From assembly GCA_002840675.1 (NCBI GenBank), contig PHBR01000005.1, positions 1 to 56,469 on the forward strand: a DNA stretch of 56,469 nucleotides. The letters are read 5' to 3'. The translations under genes were made by a program, and so were the position numbers. The notes beneath the pieces were generated by a model, which was given only the letters and a program-made list of their open reading frames with translations, was not told the origin of the DNA and made no database searches. Source of the stretch: Chloroflexi bacterium HGW-Chloroflexi-9 (GTDB lineage: Bacteria; Chloroflexota; Dehalococcoidia; UBA2979). Below are positions 18,791 to 28,773 of the stretch, in pieces; the first letter of the stretch is position 1, and every line of letters starts with the position of its first letter.

Positions 18791-19559
18791 TCACCACCAA
18801 TGCCATCCGGTTACCTGAGATACGGTGCCGACGACCGTGGCACTGCCCACCAGACCGCTCAAGGCGAGTGCCCACTTCGGCGCGTGACGCTGCGGTCGGG
18901 TGACGACCACCTCGCTCGGCCCCGAGGCTTGAACGGGAGCAACATGGACTCGGTTGCCTTTCCCGTGGATCACGACTTCGACCGCCTGATTTGCTACGTC
19001 CGCCGATGGAACAGCGGCGTGGTCGGGAGTCCCCGCGCGCATTTCCGCTACGAGCTCGACCAGGCGATTGCGAACCTGGTCGACGATTCCCGCGAATGCG
19101 GTGGGCGAGGCGTTCCAGTACACCTCGTGGACCACCGCGAAGGGGTTACGGAGTTCCATGGTCATCATCCGTGCAACGTCGGCACCGCCAGGGAACGAGA
19201 GCTTCAGCTCGGTCCGTTGCGCGAGTCGCTCAATTTCGTCGATGCCCGATGTGACAGTAACCTCCTCGCCGCAGCGTGCGGCAACAACGGCGGGCAGGTC
19301 TGAGCGGCTGATTCGCTCACGCTTGTATTGGAAGTTGCCGCGGATGCCGTCGATGCAGATCGGCGCGAATATTCGGCGCCGGAAGACCGTCTTCGCTTTC
19401 GTAGCCTCGCAGTTCTCGCCCGGCCCACTCCCGGAGTTCAGGGCTGCCCGCCCGGCCCCCGAGGGCGACACATGCACGCAGACCATCGGCAAGGGAATGC
19501 TTCCCCGACAGCGCTGCTTCCTCGATCTTCCGCAAGAGATCGGTCTCGTCTCGCCGCAT
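18791..19559 (-). pseudogene. AbiTii-domain protein, frameshifted near 19380
   Basis: Frame 1: LLRKIEEAALS..SLADGLRACVALGGRAGSPELREWAGRELRGY..DGLP; frame 2 continues RRIFAPICIDG...GIVDQVRNRLVELV; hydrophobic C-terminus. Confidence 0.75.
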
Positions 19560-19644
19560 CCTTGGCCTCCGCGCTCAGCCAGGTACGCTTTTCGGATGCG
19601 GCCTGGGTGCAATTCATCAACGTCCGTCGCTGGCTCTCTCGTCT

Positions 19645-20676
19645 CTAGGACTGAGCTGTACGTCCGAGCTGCCATCCCTGGGGGGTCTTTACGAATGCGC
19701 CGCTCAGAGTCAAGGCAGACTCGAGCGATGGGAGCTCGATGGATGGACCAAGTTCGTCAAGAAGGGCCGCGGCACCGATCGGCTCGAACGAGGTCGCGAG
19801 CCGGCGTCCCGCCATCTGGAGAAGCGTCAGTTCACCGCGGGGTAGATGAAGGACTTCGGCGATAGCGGAGGCTGACGAATATTCGTCGACACGTGACTCC
19901 ACGAACGCCCAGATCCCGGTCGTGATGTCCGTGACTTTTCGTCCGAGCTGTAGACGATCGTCGACCTTGTGCGCCAAGGTTGGTCGCAAGGCAAACGGGA
20001 TACTTCCAAGCGCAAGCAGGAGAACGAGAGCGACACCGAAGCGGCGGTCGATCTGCTTCAGCGCGTAGGCAAGCCCTTCGATTCCGGCCAATGCGAGTTC
20101 AACGCTAAGCATCCCAAGCATCTCGTTCGACGACTGAGTGCGCACGGCGAGCAAAGGGCCGAGCCATGCAAGCCCCGTTGCAACCTCGAAGGCAACAAGA
20201 TCGTTGTCCTCGGACAAGGCTTTTGTTCCTAGCAACAGTGCAAGCGTCGCTGTGCCGACGTCGTCGGCGTCGCGTGCGGCTATCTGGGCGAGCAGCTCAT
20301 TCGTGGCGGGTACGCCGCCGACGTTGACCCAGCTGATCGTGGGAAGGTAGTCGCCACGCCAGACGTCTAACGCGGCACCTGTGCCTAGCCCTAGTTGGTC
20401 GGCGCGGCGCGGCAGATGCTCAAGAACTTCTTCATGAACATGGTCGGCCGCGAACACGCGGATGGCGCCGAGCGTCGCGAGCTGCTGAAGGCACGTCGGC
20501 CTCCCCGTTCGAACCGTTCGGAGCACATCCTGAAGGAGCACGTTGGTGTCAACAACCATCGGTCTCGTGCGAAGCCAAGGCTGGACGTTCGCGGTTGTCC
20601 AGCGATCCCGCCAAAGCTGCATCGCCGGTAGTGCACGTGCGTCGGGCGAGGTTGTAATCGGCACGCCGGCAGCCAT
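19645..20676 (-). CDS. PIN-domain ribonuclease with C-terminal hydrophobic segment
   Basis: MVVDTNVLL, HVHEEV, DADDVG and LSEDNDL acidic PIN residues. Confidence 0.8.
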   Translation of the reverse strand: MAAGVPITTSPDARALPAMQLWRDRWTTANVQPWLRTRPMVVDTNVLLQDVLRTVRTGRPTCLQQLATLGAIRVFAADHVHEEVLEHLPRRADQLGLGTGAALDVWRGDYLPTISWVNVGGVPATNELLAQIAARDADDVGTATLALLLGTKALSEDNDLVAFEVATGLAWLGPLLAVRTQSSNEMLGMLSVELALAGIEGLAYALKQIDRRFGVALVLLLALGSIPFALRPTLAHKVDDRLQLGRKVTDITTGIWAFVESRVDEYSSASAIAEVLHLPRGELTLLQMAGRRLATSFEPIGAAALLDELGPSIELPSLESALTLSGAFVKTPQGWQLGRTAQS

Positions 20677-20712
20677 GTTCGAGATGAGCGGGAAGTTGAC
20701 GATATAAGCACA

Positions 20713-20742
20713 TATGTACGCCTGGGTGGGTGCACCTGTCAA
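20713..20742 (-). promoter_or_regulatory. Sigma70-type promoter for the PIN gene
   Basis: TTGACA-18 bp-TACATA on the minus strand upstream of ATG 20676. Confidence 0.5.
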
Positions 20743-21087
20743 GACTTCGATCGGCCGATCGAACGGATTAGCATTTCTTTGGAATGCTTAAGGAGCCTGG
20801 CAACGGAGCTCGCGAATCTCGTGGAGCACGAGGCTCGATACTTGGCGGGAGTGCGCGCTAGCCTCTCGCCTAGCCCAGGTACATTCATCGAGTCACGGTT
20901 CTCGAAGCAAAGACGTCTCGGCTCGCGTATTTGGCGATGTACGCCGCGACTGCGGCACACTTCACAGAAGGCGATGTCTGCTAGGTGCCGAGCGGCGACA
21001 CCTCGTGGTCGCTCATCTCTACGCGAAGGAAGAGCTGCTCGGGCCGTGCTCCGCTGCTAGGGCGGTGCAGCAGACCCGAGCTGTTCC

Positions 21088-23070
21088 TTACGCGGCTCTG
21101 TGGAGCCTGTTGTCGGCATCCCAGTCGGATGCGACGGGCGTCTTCAGCAGTGCGGGAAGCCACCCGGTGCCCGCCAGGAGCTCCTCGGCGGCCTTCGCCA
21201 TCGGCTGCTTCTTCAGGCCGGTGATGCGCTCGGCGGCCTCGTTGGAGACGCCTTCCTGCACCGCCTGCTGGATGTGTGCCTTCGTCACACGGCTGAGGTA
21301 GGCGTCTGCCGTCGGCTGCCAGTGCGCGGCCATGTCGAGCGACACGGCCGCGGCGAGCGTGTCCACCAGCGCGAGCGAGGGTCGCTTCGTATCCCACCGC
21401 TGCTGCACCGCGTACACGGTCCCCGCGACGCAGTGAGCGAGCAGGCCCATCCGACCCTCATCGTCGAGGGCGGCCACGAAGTCCCACAGGTCGTCCGAGT
21501 TCCTGGGGACTCGCTCCGCCCACGCCCGGTGGCGCTCCTCGAGTGCCTTCGCCGCCGCCGTTTCGCCGATCCCCTCAGCGTGATGCCCGAGCGGGGAGGC
21601 GGTCATGCGGACCTCTAGGCAATTGAGGTCTGCCGCCGAGCGGTAGAAGGTCTGGGCCGCGAGCGCGTGGGTGAGCGCGATCAACGCCACAACCGGCTGC
21701 TCGCCCAACACGAGGCGAAGGGCAAGCGTGCGGTGGGCGGTCAGATCCCGAACGAGCGCGTCAGACAGCGGCTTGCCGACGTCGCCGGCTTCGTCCTCGT
21801 CATCGTCAGCGCGCTGCTCGTCGTCGTGCACGCCTTCGCCCGTGTCGCCGCTGGCTGCGTCCTCGTCGCGCGAACGGCGATCGGGCTTCGCCTGCGGGAC
21901 GTCCTCCGCACGGACGAACCCGCGCTCGATCTGCGGGTCGCCATCTCGATCCAGCGAGACAAACACACCACTCCGCGCGATGACGTCGGGGTCGAACACG
22001 CGCTGTCGCTCGGAGAACTGCTCGATCGCGGCCTCGAGCTCGGTGAAGCGGGACTCCACGTCGTCCGGCACATCCTCATCGCCCTCGTACTGTTCGGCGC
22101 TGTCATCCCATTCGCGGCGCAGCGCCTCGTAGCGCTTCTGGTCCGCCTTGGAGAGCGGCACCTGCCGGGGATACTCGCGCCGCAGGCCGTGGCTGTAGGG
22201 GAAGTCTAGGTGCGCCTCGACCCACTTCCAGCCCTCCGCGCGCACCTCGTCGGCGAGGCCGTTGAGCCGCTCCAGTGCGAGGCGGTCGAGGAGCCCGGCA
22301 TCCTCGAAGAAGCCGCCGCCTTCCTCGCTGAATAGGTCACGCACCACCACACCGCCCGCCTGCTCGTAAGCGTCCACGCCGACGAAGATCGCCCGCCGGT
22401 CGGTGGGCGGGACGTGGGACTCCATCATGCGCGAGCGAATGACTCGCGGTTCCCGGTTCCAGCCGAGGTTCTCGTACACCTCCTCCTGCCGCGCGTGGTC
22501 GTCGCTGACGGCGAATGCCATCAGTTGTTCGAGCGTTACCTCGCCGTCCCGATAGAGCTGCATCAGGCGGGGGCTGACCGCTGCGAGCCGGAGCCGCTGA
22601 CGCACAGTGTTCGGCGAGACGCCGAACCGGGCCGCGATCTCTTCCGCGCCCCATCCGCGTTCCTCGCTCAACGCCCGAAACGCCTCGAATTGGTCGGCCG
22701 GGTGCATCTCGGTGCGGGTGACGTTCTCGTCGAGGCTGATCTCAAGCGCGTCGTGCGTCGCGTCCACGATGCAGCGGATCGGCTCCGTCCGCTTGATCTC
22801 TCGTCGCTTCGCGCGCAGCTCCAGCGCGAGCCGGCGGCCTTCGCCGGCGGTGACGAGGTAGTAGCCCGTGGCAGTTCCGTCGGCCTTCACCTCCGGCTGG
22901 ACGACGAGGTTCTGCAGCAGCCCCTTGTGCGCGATGCTCGCGGCGAGCGCCTGGATGGCCGCCTCCCCATGCGCCGTCTTGCGGGCGTTGTGGGGGGACT
23001 TCTTCAACTTGTTCAGCGGGATCAACACCTCGACGCCGTGAGTGGCGACGGGCTCAGTCTTCGTAGTCAT
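21088..23070 (-). CDS. Long ParB-family protein of plasmids/ICEs
   Basis: LAASIAHKGLLQNLVV, AGEGRRLAL, SLDENVTRTEMHPADQ, HTH IAARFGVS; AAGGAGGAG RBS. Confidence 0.92.
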   Translation of the reverse strand: MTTKTEPVATHGVEVLIPLNKLKKSPHNARKTAHGEAAIQALAASIAHKGLLQNLVVQPEVKADGTATGYYLVTAGEGRRLALELRAKRREIKRTEPIRCIVDATHDALEISLDENVTRTEMHPADQFEAFRALSEERGWGAEEIAARFGVSPNTVRQRLRLAAVSPRLMQLYRDGEVTLEQLMAFAVSDDHARQEEVYENLGWNREPRVIRSRMMESHVPPTDRRAIFVGVDAYEQAGGVVVRDLFSEEGGGFFEDAGLLDRLALERLNGLADEVRAEGWKWVEAHLDFPYSHGLRREYPRQVPLSKADQKRYEALRREWDDSAEQYEGDEDVPDDVESRFTELEAAIEQFSERQRVFDPDVIARSGVFVSLDRDGDPQIERGFVRAEDVPQAKPDRRSRDEDAASGDTGEGVHDDEQRADDDEDEAGDVGKPLSDALVRDLTAHRTLALRLVLGEQPVVALIALTHALAAQTFYRSAADLNCLEVRMTASPLGHHAEGIGETAAAKALEERHRAWAERVPRNSDDLWDFVAALDDEGRMGLLAHCVAGTVYAVQQRWDTKRPSLALVDTLAAAVSLDMAAHWQPTADAYLSRVTKAHIQQAVQEGVSNEAAERITGLKKQPMAKAAEELLAGTGWLPALLKTPVASDWDADNRLHRAA

Positions 23071-23187
23071 GCTGTCTCTCCTCCTTGGGATCAGAGTTGG
23101 CGGGCGCGCGTTGCGCCCGGTCGTCGAGAGCGCGGGAGCCAGCGGCGCATCGTTCGAGGCGACCGCCGGCTCCGCGTCGTTGGGGCG

Positions 23188-25341
23188 TCACAGGAGACGC
23201 ATTTGCTCGCCGTCTTCGGAACCGAACCGATCCGAGACGGGGATCCAGTCCTCGCGCGACGGCGGGCGAACGCCGGTGCCCGCGAGGACGGTCAGGGCTT
23301 CGGGCGCGAAGTCCCGCGCGTCGAGGGCCTCCTGCGCGCCGTCGGCAGTGAGGCGGGCTTCCGCGAATAGGGCTTCGAGCGACTCCTCGTTGACTTCGCC
23401 GCCGCCGGCGAGCGAACGGGCGAGCTCGAGCGTCAGGTTGTCGCCATCTGCGCCGTGTGCCGCGAGGCCGCCGTCGCCGATCTCGCCTTCGACGATCAGC
23501 GACGCCTGGAGCTTGTGGGCGACCAGCAACAGCGCCTGTGCCTGAAGCGTGGCGCGGTAGGCGAAGTAGACGACGCGCACCGGGCGGCGCTGGCCGATGC
23601 GCCATGACCGCCGGCTGGCCTGCCGCATCGTGTAGACCGAGTATTCGACCTCGTGCCAGACAATCGTCGGGAAGTCGATCAGATCCAGTCCCGTCTGGAC
23701 TAACCGGGGATGGACGAGCAGCACATCCACGCCCTCGCGGACGCGACGCGCTACCCACTCCTCGCGGCGGTCAGGCGCGACGGTGTCCGCCTTCAACACA
23801 GAGACACGGAGCCCGGCCTCGATGAGCACCCGCGCGAGTCGCGGAGTGAGGTCCCGCGTCTCCGTGTGCGTGACGTACACGAGCACGCGCCGGCCCTGTC
23901 GCCGCTCCTCCAAGGCGAGGTCCACGAGCGCCTGCTCCTTCGGGTAGAGCCGGTCGTCCGGCAGTGCCGTGGCGGAACCGATCACCTGCCCGGTCGAGCG
24001 GTCGATGACCTCCTCGCCTGCGGTGCAGGCATCGGGGTACGCGAGCAGCGCCTGGAGGTATGCACCGAGCAGGCGACGGGAGCCGGTGGCCAGCGCCGCC
24101 ATCACCGCCGCGTGCAGGTCCGCCGAGAGGTCTCGATACGCAGAGGCCTGTGACGGCCCGTCGCCGCTACCGCGGTCCATCCCAATCAGGCGGACTTCCT
24201 CGCGGTACTCGGGGAGGTCGGTCGCGACATCCGCGAGCCGGATGAAGACTGTGTTGCCGATCAGGTGGAACAGGATCGCGGGAGAGACGCCGGGCTTCTC
24301 CACGGTTCGCGTGCGATAGCCACGCCGCCGGCTCGAACGACCCTCATCGATCACATCGTCGCCACCGGTCTTGCGACTAATCCGTTCGACGATGCCGTAG
24401 CGAGAGACCCAGCGAGACTCCTCGCCATACGCGAACTCATTGCGCACCTCCGGCGAAAACCGCCAGAGCAGGTGGAAGAGCGTGGATGCGTAGCCGCCCA
24501 TGAGGGTGCCGGTGAGCGTGAGCGTCCGGCCGCAGGTCTCGGCGAGCGTGCCTGCGGCGATCCCCTGCGCCGAGCCCCGCGCCTTGTATTCGTGGGACTC
24601 GTCGGTGATCAGCAGGTCGAACGCGCCGGGCATCTGCCGATTGATGTAGTCGGCCAGCGGAACCCGTGCCGGCCCGTTGCGGTCGGCCTGCCAGAGCGGC
24701 GTGCCGCAGCGGTCGCAGGTGTGTCTCCGGCGCCCGAGTTCGGCGAGGTCGATCGGGATGCCCTCGTCGTCGAGGACCGTCTGCCAGCAGCCTGGACAGC
24801 AGTTGCGTCGCGCGACCTCGCCGCGTTCGTCGCGGGCAACACGTCCGGCATCGATGTCCGGCCGTCTGAGCACAGCAGGCTTCCAGTGGTACGAGAGCTT
24901 GGCCTTCTCGCGGGAGAGGATCACGAACAGCGGCCAGTGGCGGTCGAAGCGGAGCCGCCTGAGGTCGCTGATCGTGCTGACGATGACCGCCTCGGCAAGC
25001 GGCACCGTGTCTTCCACCTCGCGTTTCCACTTGCGGGTGAGGTGAGGCGGGCACAACACAAGCACGCGTCGGAACCCGGCGACGTACGCCGCCGACGCCC
25101 CGATCATCGTCTTGCCCGTGCCCATCTCGCCGACCACGTTGGTCCCGCGGTGGAGTTGGAGTGAGACCGCCGCCGCGCGGATGGCGTCGCCCTGGGCGCC
25201 CATCGGCCTACGTTTGAGGTTCGAGAGGTCGAAGCCCCAGTTGTCGCGAGTGCGTGCCGTGTAGACCGGCGGGTAAGCGCGCAGCACGGCGCGCGTGATC
25301 GCCTCGCCGTGTTCAGCGAGGAGTTCAGGAAGGGTCGTCAC
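23188..25341 (-). CDS. SF2 (SNF2-like) helicase with zinc-ribbon insert
   Basis: GEMGTGKT, DESH, LTGT, VQTGLDL, QASRRSWRIGQ; CPGC...CDRC insert. Confidence 0.9.
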   Translation of the reverse strand: MTTLPELLAEHGEAITRAVLRAYPPVYTARTRDNWGFDLSNLKRRPMGAQGDAIRAAAVSLQLHRGTNVVGEMGTGKTMIGASAAYVAGFRRVLVLCPPHLTRKWKREVEDTVPLAEAVIVSTISDLRRLRFDRHWPLFVILSREKAKLSYHWKPAVLRRPDIDAGRVARDERGEVARRNCCPGCWQTVLDDEGIPIDLAELGRRRHTCDRCGTPLWQADRNGPARVPLADYINRQMPGAFDLLITDESHEYKARGSAQGIAAGTLAETCGRTLTLTGTLMGGYASTLFHLLWRFSPEVRNEFAYGEESRWVSRYGIVERISRKTGGDDVIDEGRSSRRRGYRTRTVEKPGVSPAILFHLIGNTVFIRLADVATDLPEYREEVRLIGMDRGSGDGPSQASAYRDLSADLHAAVMAALATGSRRLLGAYLQALLAYPDACTAGEEVIDRSTGQVIGSATALPDDRLYPKEQALVDLALEERRQGRRVLVYVTHTETRDLTPRLARVLIEAGLRVSVLKADTVAPDRREEWVARRVREGVDVLLVHPRLVQTGLDLIDFPTIVWHEVEYSVYTMRQASRRSWRIGQRRPVRVVYFAYRATLQAQALLLVAHKLQASLIVEGEIGDGGLAAHGADGDNLTLELARSLAGGGEVNEESLEALFAEARLTADGAQEALDARDFAPEALTVLAGTGVRPPSREDWIPVSDRFGSEDGEQMRLL

Positions 25342-26384
25342 GACTTGGTACCGTCGGACGCGCCCGTATCGATCACTTCGATGTCGCCCGTGCGAAGGTT
25401 GAGCACCGTGACCGACGTCCGCATCACCTCGCGCTCCACCTCGACCTCCGGGTCAGGCGAGTAGACCGAGATGGACTCCTTGTAGGTGCGTCCCTTCACG
25501 AGCAGCCGCTGTTGCCCGGAATGGAGCACCACGCTGTCCAGGAACCCCGCGGCGACCATCACGGCGAGGTGCCCGCGCCGCAGCGGCATCAGCGGCCGGA
25601 CGCGACGCTCCTCCGGCGGCCAGAGCCGTTCCGTCAGGGCGACGTGCGCCCACACACCCGAGCGGCGCGCCTCAGCGGCGGCCTCGCCCGGATCGAAGTT
25701 GAACGACGTGAACAGCACGTCGCCGGCAGGGAGCACCGGCAACGCGCGCAACTGCTTCATCGCGCCTGCGGCTGGCAGCTCGGGCAGCGCACCCGACGCC
25801 CACGACTCGACGGTCGCGCGGCCGGAGGCGTCGGAGACCGGCGCTTCCCGCATCGTCCCGAAGAGGACGACTTGGTCGAACCGCTCGTGGAGCCCGCCAG
25901 GGAAGCGCCAGCAGGCCAGGTCGCGGTAGTGGCCGGCGAGATAGCGTGCCGAGGTCGCGAGCCGTCGCTGCGGCACGACGTAGATCAGCAGTCCGCCAGG
26001 GCGGAGCACCTTCGTCATCGCGGTGAGGAACGTGTGCTCCAACCGCCGTGCATTGAGGTCGATGTCATACGGCGGATTGAGAAAGAGGCAGGAGAATCCT
26101 GCTTCTTCAATCCGCGCGGTGAAGGCGCTCCCCGGGAGCGCGTGGTCGAGGACGCCGGCGGCTTCCTCGTAGCGGTCCGTCTCCAGCTCGATCCCGTATG
26201 TCTCGCCGCCGACGGTGGCGGCGAGCTGTTGCAGCGCCGCTCCCGTTCCGGCGCAGGGATCGACCAGGCGAACAGCGACACGGCCGCCGTGTGTGGCGGG
26301 CTGGATCATCGCGCCGATGCGGGCAACTACCTCGGGCGGTGTCGGGAAGTATCCCCCGACGGCAAGCGATTCAAGGCGTGGCAT
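25338..26384 (-). CDS. Amino-DNA methyltransferase (DUF6094-like)
   Basis: GYFPTP, DPCAGTG, YGIEL, LFLNPPY; ATGA overlap with the helicase. Confidence 0.88.
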   Translation of the reverse strand: MPRLESLAVGGYFPTPPEVVARIGAMIQPATHGGRVAVRLVDPCAGTGAALQQLAATVGGETYGIELETDRYEEAAGVLDHALPGSAFTARIEEAGFSCLFLNPPYDIDLNARRLEHTFLTAMTKVLRPGGLLIYVVPQRRLATSARYLAGHYRDLACWRFPGGLHERFDQVVLFGTMREAPVSDASGRATVESWASGALPELPAAGAMKQLRALPVLPAGDVLFTSFNFDPGEAAAEARRSGVWAHVALTERLWPPEERRVRPLMPLRRGHLAVMVAAGFLDSVVLHSGQQRLLVKGRTYKESISVYSPDPEVEVEREVMRTSVTVLNLRTGDIEVIDTGASDGTKS

Positions 26385-26420
26385 CGCACGCCTCGCGGTC
26401 GCGGACGAGCAGCTGTGCTG

Positions 26421-27014
26421 TCACGCGGCGTTCGCCAGCTCTTCCGCTGGCAGGGGAATCCGGTGTCCCCGGAGTGCGCGGCCAAGCGCCGTCTGCAACG
26501 CCTCAATGTCGGGCACGCAGCGCCAGGCGTGAATGCCGTGCGCGTCGAGCGGGCGGACGTCGCCGCTGTCCAGGCCGCGCTTCCAGAGCCACTCGCTCCA
26601 CGTTGGGTGGAGCGGGAGGTCGATCCGGCGGCTCAGGAACCGATAGTGCAGCGCCGGTGCTTCCGCCTCGGCGCGAGCGAGCAGGAGGAAGTCGGGGCCT
26701 TCGCCCGCGTAGAGCGCGGCTGACGGCACCAGCATCGCGTGTGTCGCGCCCGTGGCCGGCAACCGAGCCGTGTGGAAGCGGCAGTCGGCGCGCGCCTGCG
26801 GCGCGAGCGTGCAGTACCGGCCGCCCATGAGCGCGTCGTCGCTGATCACGGCGGGCTCGCCTTTGAGCAGACGCGCCCAGAGCGCGCGGATCGACTGCTG
26901 GTTCGAGATCATCGAGATGAACCACAGGTCGGCGCCGTCACGCGCGTAGGCGTCAACCGCGCCGGCGAACCCGGCGCAGCGGATGTGCATCGTCTCCATG
27001 GAGTCTCCTTTCAT
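26421..27014 (-). CDS. ICE backbone hypothetical protein
   Basis: Co-oriented ORF in the operon; LPLHPTWSEWLW motif recalled from genes preceding such MTases. Confidence 0.75.
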   Translation of the reverse strand: MKGDSMETMHIRCAGFAGAVDAYARDGADLWFISMISNQQSIRALWARLLKGEPAVISDDALMGGRYCTLAPQARADCRFHTARLPATGATHAMLVPSAALYAGEGPDFLLLARAEAEAPALHYRFLSRRIDLPLHPTWSEWLWKRGLDSGDVRPLDAHGIHAWRCVPDIEALQTALGRALRGHRIPLPAEELANAA

Positions 27015-27244
27015 GTGAGGCGTTGGAAGCGCCCATGTGCGTCGAGGTGTCCGACCTCGGAGCGGGTAATCGAACTGGCGTCCGCCCAGCGTCCGTCCTC
27101 GAAGGCCGCCGCGAGCGCCCCCTCGAACCAGGCGTCCCAGCCCGGACCGTCCTCTGCGAGGCCGGGCGGGACCGGGAGGTCGAGGACGCCGGCGAGGTGG
27201 AGCCGCAGGACGCGGGTGCCCGGCGGGAGTGAGGGCGCCGTCAT
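27011..27244 (-). CDS. Hypothetical protein
   Basis: MTAPSLPPGTRVLRLHLAGVLDL...; ATGA overlaps on both sides. Confidence 0.6.
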   Translation of the reverse strand: MTAPSLPPGTRVLRLHLAGVLDLPVPPGLAEDGPGWDAWFEGALAAAFEDGRWADASSITRSEVGHLDAHGRFQRLT

Positions 27245-27414
27245 CGCGGCGCTTCCGCGTCGGCGCGTGTCTGGCAGCGGGCGCAATACCGCGGGTCGGT
27301 TCGCGGCACGTTCGGCATCCGTCCGAAGGCGACGGTGCGGCCGCACAGCGTGCGGGCGAGGTGCCCGGGCAGGTCGTATCCGGACACCTGGATCACGTGG
27401 CGCAGGCGAGGCAT
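27241..27414 (-). CDS. Small putative zinc-binding protein (57 aa)
   Basis: Manual translation MPRLRHVIQV...RTLCGR...YCARCQTRADAEAPR; fills the operon gap; below the ORF-track cutoff. Confidence 0.6.
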   Translation of the reverse strand: MPRLRHVIQVSGYDLPGHLARTLCGRTVAFGRMPNVPRTDPRYCARCQTRADAEAPR

Positions 27415-27419
27415 GACGT

Positions 27420-27638
27420 TCAGGCGGCCGTGCGCTCGCCGGCGCCATGGAACACCCCGCGCACGACGTTGGCGGGCGGGACGTCGGATGGCTCGAGGTC
27501 ATCGAGCCACCCCTCCGCCGCGAGGTAGCGTTCCACCGCCTCGGCGACGAGGTGCGTCATCGGCCGGCCCTGTGCCTGGCCGAGCCGGTAGAGCGGCGGG
27601 ATCAACCGCTCGGGGATCCTGGGGCTATACATCTGCAT
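27420..27638 (-). CDS. Ribbon-helix-helix DNA-binding protein
   Basis: MQMYSPRIPERLIPPLYRLGQAQGRPMTHLVAEAVERYL; GAGGAG RBS. Confidence 0.7.
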   Translation of the reverse strand: MQMYSPRIPERLIPPLYRLGQAQGRPMTHLVAEAVERYLAAEGWLDDLEPSDVPPANVVRGVFHGAGERTAA

Positions 27639-28566
27639 GCTCCTCTTCAGGGACCGGGGTGATGGCCGCCTGTGGGTCACGGCCGAGGATGTGGTCGACG
27701 GCGCGCTGGGCCTGGCCGGCTGCCGCGACCGCGAGCCGGCGGTCGTCCTCGAGCGCCCGCAGCCATGAGGCGATGTAGGCGGCGGACTGGTCGAGGCGCG
27801 AGGCGTCGACCCCTGCCTCCTGGCAGAGGAACGCCGCCGCGAACTCCGCGACCAACTCCTCGCGTGAATAGACCGGCGAGCCGAACGGTGCCGACTCCTG
27901 GTAGCCCTCGCGGTACAGCCGTGACGGATGTCCGGTCGAATGGGCAAGCTCGTGGAAGAGCGTCGCGTGGTAGCCGTCGACGTCGCGGAACGCGCCGAGC
28001 GGCGGGAGGTGCACCTCATCGCGCGAGGGGATGTAGTAGGCGGACTCACCGTCATGGAAGACGTGAGGCCCGTCTGCATAGCCAGCGACGATCGCCTCGG
28101 CCCGTGTGAGCGGGTCGAACTCACCTCCGGATTCAGGATCCGGGAGCGTGAGCCCCTCGCACTGCGCGACGTTGAAGACGGTGTAGAGCCGCATCAACGG
28201 GAGGGCCGGGCTGCGGTCTGCATCCGGAGAGTCGCTGTTGCGGTCCTCGTCGCGCGGGGGCCACTTCCAGAAGACGACCCGTGTCCCGTGCTCGCCGCGG
28301 CGGACGTGCCCGCCGAGCTGCTCCGCCTGCCGAAACGTCAGCCAGCGGGCATCGTCGTAGCCCGCCTCCATCGAGGTGAGGCTGAGTACCAGCAGGTTGA
28401 TGCCGCGGTAGGGGCGGTGCGAGACCGCGTTGCGCAGTCCGCGTGCGCGCCAGGGGTGACGCCACGGGACGGTGCCGCGCTCCAGCGCGGCGACGATGCG
28501 GGCGGTGACTTCCGCGTACGGGTCGCGGCGGGCCGCGACTGGCCTACGCCGCGTGCGGGCCGTCAT
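27625..28566 (-). CDS. ardC: ArdC antirestriction protein (ssDNA-binding + zincin)
   Basis: VPWRHPW, YRGIN, WLTFRQA..LGGHVRRGE, VFNVAQ, HELAHSTGH, YSREELVAE, SAAYIASWL. Confidence 0.93.
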   Translation of the reverse strand: MTARTRRRPVAARRDPYAEVTARIVAALERGTVPWRHPWRARGLRNAVSHRPYRGINLLVLSLTSMEAGYDDARWLTFRQAEQLGGHVRRGEHGTRVVFWKWPPRDEDRNSDSPDADRSPALPLMRLYTVFNVAQCEGLTLPDPESGGEFDPLTRAEAIVAGYADGPHVFHDGESAYYIPSRDEVHLPPLGAFRDVDGYHATLFHELAHSTGHPSRLYREGYQESAPFGSPVYSREELVAEFAAAFLCQEAGVDASRLDQSAAYIASWLRALEDDRRLAVAAAGQAQRAVDHILGRDPQAAITPVPEEEHADV

Positions 28567-28771
28567 GGAATCCCACATGAGCGTCGCCGCCGGGCCTCCG
28601 GCGCTCGTAGACGGTGAGCCGCACGGTGTGCGTGGAGCCATCGGTGCGCACCGCCTGCACGGCGGTCGCGTGGAAGCCGGGGATCGGCGAATGCCACAGC
28701 GGGATCACCGCCACGGCGTACTGGCCTGAGCGCGTGGTCACCACGCGCCGGGCCGCTGGCTGCAGGACCAT
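28544..28771 (-). CDS. Hypothetical protein
   Basis: ATG directly after the Rad52 stop; fills the operon. Confidence 0.5.
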   Translation of the reverse strand: MVLQPAARRVVTTRSGQYAVAVIPLWHSPIPGFHATAVQAVRTDGSTHTVRLTVYERRRPGGDAHVGFHDGPHAA

Positions 28772-28773
28772 CG

